DNA of 64,000 bases. Source: Podarcis tiliguerta (lineage: Eukaryota). Both the position numbers and the translations under genes were made by a program. Shown piece by piece: positions 51,505-63,580 of the stretch. The DNA lies in assembly GCA_965153285.1 (NCBI GenBank), contig OZ229112.1; one strand, 5' to 3'. The notes under the pieces are model-generated. The model searched no databases, was not told the origin of the DNA, and saw only the letters and a program-made list of their open reading frames with translations. How positions within the stretch are numbered: position 1 is the first letter of the stretch; the number at the start of each line of letters is the position of its first letter.

Positions 51505-52382
51505 TGTCAGATTTCAGGGAATCGGCTGCCCACCCCCTGTGGCAGTAGCTAAGCAGAACAAAGGAAAAGGAGTCTTCTTATCAGTTAGAAACTTTAATAA
51601 TCACAGCGAGAGAACAAAGAACCCATCTCCTAGAATGGTGGTGCTCCCAGTTAAGGATCCCATCCCCTTAAAGGTAAAGGGACCCCTGACCATTAGGTCC
51701 AGTCGTGGCCGACTCTGGTGTTGCGGTGCTCATCTTGCTTTATTGGCTGAGGGAGCTGGCATATAGCTTCCGGGTCATGTGGCCAGCATGACTAAGCCGC
51801 TTCTGGCGAACCAGAGCAGCGCACAGAAATGCTGTTTACCTTCCCGCCGGAGCGGTACCAATTTATCTACTTGCACTTTGACGTGCTTTCGAACTGCTAG
51901 GTTGGCAGGAGCTGGGATTGAACAATGGGAGCTCACCCCGTCGTGGGGATTCAAACCACCGACCTTCTGATCGGCAAGTCTTAGGCTCTGTGGTTTAACC
52001 CACAGCGCCACCCACGTCCCTTACGTCCCTATTAATCTACGTCACCTCTACGTTTTCTAATCTGCGTTTGTACCCTCTGTGCTTTGTGTGCTTTCTGTTC
52101 TGCCACTTTCTGAGCTCTTCTTGACCTTGGGGAGAGCAGAGGAATGCTTTCCAGAGATAGTGCATCTGTTAACCCTCTCTCTTCCAGTGTTTCTTCTCCT
52201 AGCTGTTCCCCTAGTATTTCCCAGCTTCTGCTTTCTGAGCTATGTCCCTCTGCAAACCACTGTTCCAAATCTATACTGTCCTCCTGCTCCTGGGAACATT
52301 CAGGATCCAGATCAGGAGGAGGGGGAGGGGAGGCTCCCACCATCCCTCCTCCATACAGCCCTCCTCAGCACAGTCCCTGACA
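51505..52382 (-). mobile_element. Solo LTR (Gypsy-like by TSD length), ~525 bp after removing a nested Sauria SINE
   Basis: Perfect 6-bp inverted termini TGTCAG...CTGACA. 5-bp flanks cagca / cagtg, explicable as CAGCG with CpG decay on opposite strands. ATTAAA on the minus strand at ~51593-51598. Second copy at 21630-22031. Confidence 0.8.
51670..52020 (-). mobile_element. Sauria SINE nested in the solo LTR
   Basis: Full head-to-tail similarity. It is absent from the homologous LTR copy at ~21690. Confidence 0.95.
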
Positions 52383-53128
52383 CAGTGTGGTGTAACGGTC
52401 TCAGATTTCATCTAGAAAGCTTACTGGGTGACCTTGGGCCCAGTGGTGTGTGGTCAGTGGACTAAGGGGACTAGGCTAGTCCCCTAAATGTTCCCAGTAA
52501 ATTAGAGTATTAAAGCTTTTAAAGCCTGGGGTCTCCTTCCCAAAGCCTGGGAAGCTTCTGCCTGGAATAGGGAAGGAGCTGCAGTGCTCATGCATGCAAC
52601 ATTGCCCCCCACAATCGCCACATGCCAAAATTTCACCACATGCCACTACTTGGGTCAGTTCCTTTTTCTTAGCGTAACCTAAGATTTTTTGTGTGGGTGT
52701 GGATAAAACAGAGGCTGAAAGAATTATGTCTGCTTCCTTGAGCTCCTTGGTGGAAAGATGGGATATGAACATAATAAGCATTACTGTTGTTTTTAACCAG
52801 AAGTTGACTAAAGCATTAACTGAAAATTAACTTCTGCTAACAACAGCATTTATATTATGTTATTATTATTTATTACATGTGTTTGTCACTTTATCTTGCC
52901 CAGGGCAACCCAAAGTGACTTACAAACAGGCAATGAACCACACATAAATACATTAAAACCAATAGGACTTTATGAAATAATAATAATAAAATACAGTTTA
53001 TCCAGTAAGGGCAAAAATAAAAAATGGAACCCCACCATACTGTCTGCTAGTGTATGCTGAAAATTATCACAGTGTGGTACATCTTATCAACAGGTGCACA
53101 CAATGAACATTACAAGCTTCACCTAAGA

Positions 53129-53242
53129 CAGGCACGGTCAAACTTGGCTCTCCAGGTCATCCCTAGTTAACAGGACCAGTGGTCAGGGATGATGGGAACT
53201 GTAGTCTCAAAACACCTGGAGGGCCAAGTTTGGCCATGCTTG
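53129..53242. mobile_element. Small hAT (URR1/Charlie-like) MITE
   Basis: TIRs CAGGCACGGTCAAACTTGGC / GCCAAGTTTGGCCATGCTTG. Perfect TSD acctaaga at 53121-53128 and 53243-53250. Confidence 0.93.
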
Positions 53243-54093
53243 ACCTAAGAAGTAGGCTTTATCAAGTAGCCTGTTATGGGCAGATAGAGCAGGTGGTAAC
53301 TAGAGTTAACAATGACTGACAGTAATGTCCTGTATTTCAGCTGTGATTGCAGTGTATCCTGCAGTGTATCCTTGTGAATTTTAAAGAATGAGCAACTCAC
53401 ACAAAACTGGGGGGAAGATCAACAGAAATATATGGTACTGTTCAATGTGAGTGGTGGTGTCGCATAGTGGTTATGGGTACTCTGAATCAGGAAGTTCCCT
53501 TTGCTGTGGGCAAAACAGGGAGAATAATAATACCTACCTTCCTTACAGAACCTACCATAAGGATTGTCCTGGGGATTAAAATGAGATGATATTAAATACT
53601 TGGAATGCATTTTGAAGACATTTTCTATGCAGTACCGGTAATCTTGCAAGCTTGCTGTGCAAATGCCACAAAGGGTAAGGCATTAATAGGATTTTGGTTT
53701 TGGGGTTTGCTGATGATTATCTACATAGCATGGATCTTTTATTGAAACAGATGGTGATTGGTTGTTCACGTTCGTGTAAGTGCTGTTTGCTCATTTGGGA
53801 AATGAAATAGACAAGGCTCTGAAACATCTTCCCTCAATTGTATTTGCAATTTTTGATACTGCATACAAATGAGAAAGCATTCAGCTGATACCTGAAGACA
53901 TTCTTTCAAATTATATGAGGCCCAACTATATAATTGTCTTTTATTTAACCAAGATATTCTTCGTTTTCTTCTGGTTATCATTACTTTTATGCAAATGAAA
54001 ATGCAGAAAAATTCACCACTAATTTTTGAGAAAAAGGAAGATTTTCTCTTAAATCAAAAGCTGACCAAAGCTAATATACCCATGCCCCACTAA

Positions 54094-54396
54094 GGCCTCC
54101 CATGCCCTATACATTTAATGCAGTTCCATTCCACCTTAAACAGTTATGGCTTCCCTCAGAGACTCCAGGGTGCTGAAGGTTGTTCTCCTCACAGAACTAC
54201 AATTCATAGAATTCCCTAGAAAGAGGGATGGACTGTTAAGCCACTCTGAGAATTGTAAGTCTCTGAGATGGAATAGGGAGTCTCCTAACATCTCTTTGCA
54301 CCCTTAACAAACCATAGTTCCCATTGTTCTTTGTGGCAAACCACAACTGTTTAAATTGATATGAGACTGCTTTAAATGTAAAGTGCAGTTGAGGCC
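54094..54396. mobile_element. Palindromic MITE (possibly PIF/Harbinger-type)
   Basis: Long imperfect TIRs ggcctc...tacatttaatgcagt / actgctttaaatgta...gaggcc, with taa/caa flanks. Relatives at ~44650-44830 and ~56740-57590. Confidence 0.7.
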
Positions 54397-55605
54397 CAAG
54401 TCATAGTCTTTGGATTTTAAAAAATAAATTAGACGGGAAAATATGAGTCCACTTGAAGGTGTTTTAAAAATAACAGGGAACAGATACTCAGGATATTTCC
54501 AGCCAACCCTGCCTGGAGAGACACTGATGAGAGACTACATTAACTCCCAGACCTTTTTATGTTCAGCTTCAATTTTTACCTTGTTTCGCCTGCGTGGCAA
54601 ATGTCAACAAATGTCACTCAGTACCTTCTGCACCCCTTTATTGTATTTTGACGTTATTTGATGGACACAGAGGAGTGACCATACAATTAATGAGAGGAGG
54701 TTTTCTTCAAAAGCCTGTGCTGTTAATATAAACCTTTCCTTAGTGGTCGAGTGAAAGTGGTGAAGGTTCTAGATTCAGGCCATGGAGGAGGGATGCATTT
54801 CCTAGCAGAAACAGCACCCACTGCTTTCCATCACATTCTGGGCCTAGTCTGGAAAAATGTGAGAAGCATCAATAGTGAGTTGTGAGTTGTTGCTAGTCAT
54901 GCTACTCCCCATCTTCAGAGCCTCTGGTACATAGTGATGGAAACACAACAGCTTCCTTCGTGCAGACAAGATGAGGCCAGATGCAGTCCATGGGATGTCC
55001 CACTAAACCTAGTCTCCTTTGCTGTGATGCACTGAGCGATGATGTTGCTGCCTACTTGGTGAACCAGATGCCATCTAGCAGATGTGTATCACAGGTCCTT
55101 GGAGTGGTACCCTAGGCTACTCTAGGCCTCCTTTCATCTTTTCTATGGCCTCCAGGGTTGGACTGACCAAATAGGGCCTTACAACGTCACAGCGTGTTTT
55201 GGGGGAGACTTTCTGAATACGTTCAGCATGGAAAATTTACCAAGCTTTCTCTGTGGCTGGCAATTGGCACCAACTATCCACCCACCTCTTCATACATGCT
55301 CCATACATGCTCAATCAATCACACCTAGCATTCTCCAAAGGGTATTGTACTCAGGAAGACTTCTATGTCACTATATGGACATATTGGGGGTGGAGAGAGC
55401 TCATGGCATCAGGGGTAGGGAGGCACAGTTCTGCCCTCTGCCAATCATTTAGCCCTACTCAAGAATGGCAAAGAATGTCCAAAGAGGAAGCAGAAGGTGT
55501 AGGGCTCTTTGTGAATGGGAAGACATTGCTGCTCCCCCGGCCAATTTTTAGAAATTAAAAACTGGCCAAGAAAATGGTCTGACTGGCTTCTGTGAATGTG
55601 ATTTT

Positions 55606-55692
55606 AATTTGTTAGTTTTTTAAAAAAACTATTTTTATTAGTTTTTTAACATATCGTTTTCAACAATTATTAAACATACTTTTAAATCTTTA
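55606..55692 (-). mobile_element. Very short L1-type retroposed tail
   Basis: 16-bp TSD ctgtgaatgtgatttt at 55590-55605 and 55693-55708. T-rich left end with TTTATT. Confidence 0.75.
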
Positions 55693-56800
55693 CTGTGAAT
55701 GTGATTTTGAAATGGTAACTGCTGGGTTGTTCTATTAACTTGCTCTCTGACTTCTGCTTGAGTTTTTAAGGTATTTTCTACAGGTCTTTCCCCTCTGTGC
55801 TTTCACTCCTTGAAGGTTAAACTGAATTTTTCATTAAGGCTGATTTTTTTAAAAAAATATTGGAGGGCTAAATTTTTCATGACATTATATATATATATAT
55901 AAAATATATATATATCCACAGGCCAGGAAAATGCATTTATGCTTGGAGATTGTATGTTGTGTCCCTTTTCCATATCCTTTCATTTATGCCTTTAAGGGAA
56001 AACATCTGATGTGTTTAGTCAAACGTTTAACTCATCAAAAAACAATTTATTGCATCCAAGGGTCACATTGAAATGGCATCATGAGCTGCAGGGGTTGCAT
56101 TTCTGCTTTCATTGCTGACAATTTATATAATTAGTATATTGTTCTTGCATATGTTGCTAAGTGCTCCTCTATCATGCGGGATCTTTCTTTTCATCCGTAT
56201 TTATCTCTAGATTTTAAAATTCCAAACTAATGGCTCTCTTTTCCAGAGTGAAACCACTGCATTTGGAAGTCTCCATTATTCCCTTATTCATTTCTAGATT
56301 TTGTAGAAGGCTGAGCAAAACTGGCATAAAATTCCCCGTGCTATTTGTTTGAGGCAAATGAATGAATAAATGAGAGATGAATTTTGCTGACTATTCTTGG
56401 GCAGAGGGAGGTGAAGTCCTCTAAGGTTTGCTTCCAACCAAATCATATTGAGCGGAGAGTCACTGAAATTAATGTTCATGACTAACTTCAGCCCATTGAT
56501 TGGAATGGGTCATATCCAGCATCGTATTTGTACAATGGAACTTCCTTTCCGTCCCCTCAACCTGTGGCCCACCCAAATCTGTTCTGGGGTTTCCCCAACC
56601 TTCCAGAGCAGATTTGGGATAAGCATTGGGGAGAGGGGGCAAGCAGGGAGAGGAGAGGGCACAGACATTATGTGAACAAGCAGAAGTCTTTGCATAAATA
56701 GGATGACTTATGAGGCTACTCTGAGTTAGACATAGGCCACTATAATACCACTTTAAACCATCATGGTTCCCTCCCCTCTCAGAGGGTGCTGAGAGTTGTT

Positions 56801-57042
56801 AGGAAGGGCCTTCTCGGTAGTGGCGCCTGCCCTGTGGAACACCCTCCCACCAGATGTCAAAGAGAAAAATAACTACCAAACTTTTAGAAGACATCTAAAG
56901 GCAACCCTGTTTAGGGAAGCTTTTAATGTTTAATAGGTTATTGTATTTTGGTGTTTTGTTGGAAGCCGCCCAGAGTGGTTGGGAGGACCCAGCCAGATGG
57001 GCGGGGTATAAATAAATTATTATTATTATTATTATTATTATT
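56801..57042 (+). mobile_element. L2 3' fragment with (TTA)n tail, inside a palindromic MITE
   Basis: agggccttctcggtagtggcgcctgccctgtggaac (RAFSVVAPALWN) ... gccgcccagagtgg...gggcggggtataaataaa(TTA)n. Confidence 0.88.
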
Positions 57043-57043
57043 T

Positions 57044-57390
57044 AAAGGTAAAGGTACCCCTGCCAATAGGCCAGTCGTGTCCGACTCTAGGGTTGTGCGC
57101 CCATCTCACTTAAGAGGCCGGGGGCCAGCGCTGTCTGGAGACACTTCCGGGTCACGTGGCCAGCGTGACGAAGCTGCTCTGGCGAGCCAGCACCAGCACA
57201 GCACACGGAAACACCGTTTACCTTCGTACCTATTTATCTACTTGCACTTAGGGGTGCTTTCGAACTGCTAGGTGGGCAGGAGCTGGGACCGAAAGACGGG
57301 AGCTCACCCCGCCGCGGGGATTCGAACCACCGACCATGCGATCGGCAAGCCCTAGGTGCTGAGGTTTTACCCACAGCGCCACCTGCGTCT
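57044..57390 (-). mobile_element. Sauria SINE (distinct, CpG-rich variant) inserted in the L2 (TTA)n tail
   Basis: Head and tail present, with ATT repeats on both sides. Confidence 0.93.
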
Positions 57391-58729
57391 CCATTATTAT
57401 TATTAGGAGACCCCTAATCCCAGAGTTCCTTTGAAAAGGAATTGATTGTTAAACCACTTTGGGAAATGTAGTTCTTTAAGAATAGGAGTCTCCTTACAAC
57501 AGCCAACACACTTAACAAACTACAGCTTCTAGGATTATTGGAGTCTAGGATTTTAAAGTGGCATCATAATGCTTTAAACAAATCATGTGACTGTGACCTA
57601 AATTGGATTCATCCCCAACTGCTTGGATGCCACCACAGACAATTTTCTGCCTGCTTACTGTTGAATGAAACACGATTGTTAGCTCCTAGATAAATAAAGC
57701 AATGAGCTAAAAGAGAACTGGAATTGCAAACTGCAGTGCAGAATGGTGGTGTTACTGGGAACGTATCTTAGCAGGATGAGTTAAACTTTCTCTTCCTCCA
57801 AGCTACAGTCCTGAGGAAAGATGTGTGAGCATGCATGTGGTTTGCCCTTATTATTAAATAAGCAAATGCCACAAATGTGACTGGCAGCAACTCCTTTAAT
57901 GTCATCTGCAGATAGGTCCTGATTCAGCCCAGTCTCCTGTTGAGTCCTTAGTTTCTTTCTTGCCACAACCCTTCCTGCTGACAAGCTCTCATGAGGGAAG
58001 AGGAATGAATGAAAGCTCAGGGACACTCACAAGACAGCAAATTAGCCACGCTGTCAGAGAAGGGAGGGGGGGTTAGCAGGGAGCTTTCACAGTTCCTTCG
58101 AGGCCTTTGTCCTGTGATTAATCTCATGTGCGCCCTTGGTAAGTGCTGGAGGGACACATCGGTGCATAAATTCCACCTCCATTCTGTGAAGGATCTCAAG
58201 CTGAAACAAGCTTGAACCGTCGTCAAGCAACCTACTAATGCCGAATTGATAAAAGTGCAGATCCTTCTTTCCCCTTCCTTTATGAAGAAGGACGCGGGGT
58301 TAAACCACGGAGAGCCTTGGCCTCTAGGGCACCGGCAAGAACTTCTCCAGGGAACATCTATTTCTTTTCTTCTTCTTTTTATTCCTCTGCAGCAAACCAG
58401 TTGCAGATGTCAAGGCTGTGAAGAAAACAGCAGCAATAACATTATTCTTGCCTGGGGGTTAAGCTGATGCACAGGCATAGCTGGGCTGCTTTCTCTGAGG
58501 TGGATCACTGTGCTTTTTGCTCCAGAGTTGCTTAGCACACAATGAAGTGTATTTGGGAACATATTAACAATCAGCATTGTCGGTTTATTTGTATACCTCA
58601 TTTTCTAAGTGGTTCTCGGAAAAAGCAGTCACAGTACAATAATACAATGACAATACATAAAATGATATATAATCTCACAACCGAATACTAAAAAAAATTA
58701 AAAATCAATAATTACCCATTCCTTTAATA

Positions 58730-59071
58730 CAGTGGTTCTCAAAGTGGGTGGTACCACCCCTGGGGTGGGGCAGTGGGATTACCTGGGGGGCACTAAGTGG
58801 CAAGGGGGTGTCAGGAGGTGTAAATGAGTATCACGCTTTGAAAAGCTGATATCACTGAATCAACATCCATTTGTTGAATTAATTAAAGTAAATCATTTTA
58901 ATTGGATTTTGAATAAATGCGCAATTAATTGATACTGTTTTGAATTTTATTGTGTTATTATCTTCATCAGTGGGGTGAGCAAACCACTGTTTTGAATAAA
59001 GCTTATAGGTAAAGTGGGGAGCACTGATGCAACCAAGGGGGTAGTAGTCCCAAAAGATTTGGGAAAGTCTG
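58730..59071. mobile_element. hAT(Charlie-like) MITE, degraded
   Basis: CAGTGGTTCTCAAAGTGGG left end and tttgggaaagtctg right end. TSD poor. Confidence 0.65.
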
Positions 59072-59434
59072 GTTTTATACATAGCTAAACCAAGCATACA
59101 GTTTTATATATTTAACCAAACGCGCAGCTTTCTAATCGGTCAAGTCAAAATATCCACTATGCAACTCCCTTACAATGGCTCCTGAAGTTGGAGGGTGAGG
59201 CAATACAAGTTAAACTAACCATCCCCTGATATCAACCACAGAGTCTCTCTCCTCTTGTAGTTCTTTCTCTGTAAATATCTTGCTTATGAAGGCTCTGACC
59301 CCTCACAGTTGTTCTCCTAGCAGCAGCTGCCTTTATGGAGGCAACTGGGGCTGGAGGGTGAGCAAAGGCAGGTGGAAAAAGCTATCTCCTGATGTCCAAC
59401 ACAGAGTCTCTCACTCTAATAAAACAGATCCCTG

Positions 59435-59786
59435 ATGGCGCTGTGGGTTAAACCACAGAGCCTAGGACTTGCCAGTCAGAAGGTTGGTGGTTCGAATCCC
59501 CGTGACGGGGTGAGCTCCCGTTGTTCGGTCCCTGCTCCTGCCAACCTAGCAGTTTGAAAGCACGTCAAAGTGCAAGTAGATAAATAGGTACCACTCCGGC
59601 GGGAAGGTAAACAGTGTTTCCGTGTGCTGCTCTGGTTCACCAGAAGCGGCTTAGTCATGCTGGCCACATGACCCGAAAGCTGTACTTGGCTCCCTTGGCC
59701 AATAAAGCGAGATGAGCGCCGCAACCCCAGAGTTGGCCATGACTGGACCCAATGGTCAGGGGGTCCCTTTACCTTACCCTTTACCT
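59435..59786 (+). mobile_element. Sauria SINE
   Basis: Head ggcgctgtgggttaaaccacagagcc, B box, and (ACCTTT)n tail. Confidence 0.94.
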
Positions 59787-59789
59787 ATG

Positions 59790-59792
<3 letters not shown>

Positions 59793-59865
<73 letters not shown>
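59793..59865. repeat. (TC)17(TG)9(AG)10 compound microsatellite
   Basis: Directly visible. Confidence 0.95.
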
Positions 59866-59866
<1 letters not shown>

Positions 59867-60635
59867 TTTGTCAACCCAACCCCAAACCCCACCAACATTA
59901 TTCCTTTTCCACGCAGAGGATCTGATTGAATATGCGAGCTTGGAGAGAGAAATTGTCTTAACCTAGAGTGAGGAAGGATCAACTCATACAATAATCACTT
60001 AATGTTGAAATTGAGCATTTCATGCCTGCTTCTGTGCCCCTCATGCTGAGACAATGAGTATTTATATTAGCAGTCATCTTGGTGTGAAGAATGTGGGTGA
60101 GCACAGACTCTCCTTCCTCACGCTGGCGAAGTGACCTCATTGAGATTTGTCAAGCTTCAATTTCCTGCTGCTGGAGCACAATTGTGTTTTTTTGTCTAAA
60201 AGATGAAAGGTCAAAGCCCTTTGTTTCATTACTCACTTCCGACAATTAATCTGGGTGAGATTTTTCTGAAATGGAAAATACCCCTGCGAGGTTAAAGGCC
60301 AGAAATTGCACGCGCTATCCATTATCTCATATTAAAAAGGCCTTTTCATAGATTTCTTTTCCCTCCTCCTCTCCTCCCTGGGAGCAAATATCAGTTGTAA
60401 TTCAGCACACCTCTGACACAAAAGCCAAGTGTAAGCAAGAAATGAGGCATTTCATTCACTATAATAGTTTGCCCCAGTTGTACCATTGAAGCTCTTTTAA
60501 AAATGGACCATCAGCATGAATGCAAGGATGCTGGCCTCCAGAATCCCTGACAGCCACTTCATTGCAACTCATTGTCACTTTTAGAGATGATTGATTAAGA
60601 GATGGGCTATTCTTGTTTATTTCAGATGAGTCACA

Positions 60636-60992
60636 GCAGGTGGCGCTGTGATCTAAACCACTGAATGTCTTGGGCTTGCTGATCAGAAGGTCAGCGGTTC
60701 GAAGCCACACGACAGGGTGAGCTCCCATTGCTCTGTCCCAGCTCCTGCCAACCTAGCCCTTCAAAAGCACACCAATGCAAGTAGATAAATAGGTATCACT
60801 GTGGCAGGAAGGTAAACGGCATTTCCGTGTACTCTGGTTTCCATCATGCTGCACCAGAAGCAGTTTAGTCATGCTGGCGACATGACCCAGAAAGCTCTTT
60901 GTGGACAAATGCTAGCTCCCTCGGCCTGAAGCTAAATGAGCGCCGCAACCCCATAGTCACCTTTGACTGGACTTAACCATTTAGAGGTCCTT
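60636..60992 (+). mobile_element. Sauria SINE (older; resembles the 1.3 and 12.5 kb copies)
   Basis: Full-length similarity, including the ccccatagtcacctttgactggacttaacc 3' variant. Confidence 0.92.
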
Positions 60993-61699
60993 TCCCCCCA
61001 TAATTCAATTCTTTTTTTCTCCCAATTTAGTCTGTAACCTTTTTTTAAAAAAATGTATTACATGTTTGTTAAAATGTGCATTTTCTCTCAAAATAGTATT
61101 GGTATGCATGGCTTGATATGTTCAAACTTCTGAAAATTGAGTCCCTATGTTCAAGGAAATGAGAAACCAGAGTTTGCTGACCCATAAACCATCTATGGTC
61201 TGCAGCAAGATTTCATCAGGCCCTCTTGGTCGACTCCCATCCATCAGCTGTTCAATGGGAAACAGGTCAGAGGGAAAGGGCATTGATGTTGTGCAAAGCA
61301 TATAATTGGCCCTCCTTGCTCTGCAAGAAGAACTGCTTCAAGAGGATCAAAACATGGGGAAGGGGGATGGTTCCATAGAGAGTTCAACTTGAGTTCCTTG
61401 CAAATATGCAGAAACTCTCCATGTGCTTTGCAATTGCATGCAAGCAATTTTTTATTTTTTAAAAAAAGTTTTGAATAGCTGTAAGGCAGGGTTTGCTGTT
61501 TATCTGTGCATTGGCATTATCTGCATTGTTCTGCTTGGATTGCTGAGGTTGTTTTGCCGTTGGCACAGTCAGGGCACATAAAGGGTATTGGAGAGCTTGG
61601 CTTTACAAACTTTGTACCTAAAAGTCTACAGGGTGAATTTAGGGTGAAACTTGAGCGGAGTTATGGAATTAAAAATTCAATGCCCTGTCATGGGAAATA

Positions 61700-61960
61700 C
61701 CGTATTTTTTGCTCCATAAGACTCACTTTTTCCCTCCTAAAAAGTAAGGGGAAATGTGTGTGCGTCTTATGGAGCGAATGCAGGCTGCGCAGCTATCCCA
61801 GAAGCTAGAACAGCAAGAGGGACTGCTGCTTTCACCGCACAGCGATCCCTCTTGCTGTTCTGGCTTCTGAGATTCAGAATATATTTTTTTTCTTGTTTTC
61901 CTCCTCCAAAAACTAGGTGTGTCTTGTGGTCTGGTGTGTCTTATAGAGTGAAAAATATGG
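61700..61960. mobile_element. Tc1/mariner (Tc2/pogo-like) MITE
   Basis: TA|CCGTATTTTTTGCTCCATAAGAC ... GTCTTATAGAGTGAAAAATATGG|TA. Confidence 0.92.
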
Positions 61961-63361
61961 TAGATATGTAGGTGTGATTGTACTTGTGTGTCTCTTTGTG
62001 TTAAGGGTGTGTGATGGGGGGGGGGTCTGCTCATGACTGCAGACGTGAGTAATTGGATCTGGCAATTGGTGCCGATCAGCCAATTAGTGCTGAGAGCTTG
62101 TTTTCAAAGGTCTTGGTGCTAATCAGCTAATGGCTATTAAGTCCATTTGCAAGCGATTTGAATATAAACCACCTGCAGGACTTCAACTGATCAGCACAGA
62201 TAGACCATTCAGCTGCAATAGGGAGTTCCTGTGCAGCTAATCTGAGTGGGTGGCTCCCTGTCAGTGCAGATCAGCTGGCTGGTCCTGAGACGGAGCCCTG
62301 CTTACCAGAGAAAGAGTGGGACTTTAAGCTCTTTAGCTACCCACACCTGATGTTGCTTATTATGTCTAGCATGGGACATGAGGGTATTGGTTGGGGAAAA
62401 GGGCGTTGTGGGTTCTATTTGGCCTGTAGGGCAGAGATTTCCCACAACTGCAATACTGCAATACTTTTCCCCAGAATAAAGTGACCTCAACCTGAGAAAG
62501 GTCCCCCACCTATGCAAGAGAGAGCTAAATTCTGATCCAAACATCAGTCCAGGAAGTGACAGTGAGGCCATTTTGTATAGAAATGTACAAATATCTGGTG
62601 CATGATGCTGAACTAGATTGGTTTTGAGTCTGGTGCAGAAGAGCTCCCCTTAGTTTCTTATGCAGGAAAAAAATGCAGCTGCAAAAGCAGAAGACGACAA
62701 AGTGAGCAAAAGTGGTTGAAAATGGAGTACTAAATATCAGGCTGCTTAAACAAAGGTCAATGAAGTTGGAAAAAGAGTGGGGGGAATCAAAGGGCATATT
62801 GTCACGCACTAGAAAAACAATCTTACATGGAGATGGAAGAAATAATAAAGCATGGAGAACAACAATATTAGGAATGCAGTCAGAAAATCCAGAGGTAATG
62901 GGGCCTGTTGTTTGCAATATAAATTTAAATGCAGTCTACGGCAACAGGGTGCCTTTATCTGGTAACACTGTCATTCTGTGAGTGGCTGGGAAGCAGGAAC
63001 TGTAAAGTGAGGCCAAATTTGTTTCTGAAATATATGAGGTTTATTTTTTCTCACTTATTTTCAATTTCTTTTAAATTTAAGAGACTCTGTTTATTATGGC
63101 TGTGCTGTGCCCTACCCCTCCTACCCAGTTTTCTAGTGACAAAGAACACTAGCATGTGGAGAGTTATCTTGAAAGGATGTTTTGCATTGCAGTTTTATTG
63201 GTAGGGCTGAAACGCTGGTGACATTTTCCTGGATTTGGGGCTGGAAAGGAGCTTTGGAGCTCAGTGATGCTTGCCTCAAAGGAGAAGAAGGCACCAGAGA
63301 CTCCCAAATTCTTCTCCGGCTCAGATAAAAATCTTAGCCGGGAGAGAATACACACCTTAAT

Positions 63362-63580
63362 GAGTGTGGTGCAGTTCCTTGAGTGTCAGACTCTGATCTG
63401 GGAGGCCATGTTTCAAATCCTCACTCAGATTCTCACTTTGGGGGTTGGGGGGGGGGGGGCTTGAGTCAGTTGCCATCTCTCAGCCTAACCTACTTTACAC
63501 GGTTGTTGTGAAAATAACATGGGGGCGGGGGAGAACCATGTATGCCACCTTAAACTCTTGCAGGAAAAATGGAATATAGT
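63362..63580 (+). mobile_element. Old Squam3/MIR-like SINE
   Basis: gagtgtggtgcag...gagtgtcagact...tttcaaatcctcactcag...ctctcagcctaacctac...gttgttgtgaaaataa. Confidence 0.7.

Noticed and set aside
58360-58500. Strong plus-strand acceptor (ttcttctttttattcctctgcag) as a coding exon
   Set aside because: All three frames stop within about 25 codons, no good donor follows and no peptide is recognisable.
62712-62981. 89-aa ORF ending at a GTGAGT donor-like site
   Set aside because: No recognisable homology and no convincing in-frame acceptor.
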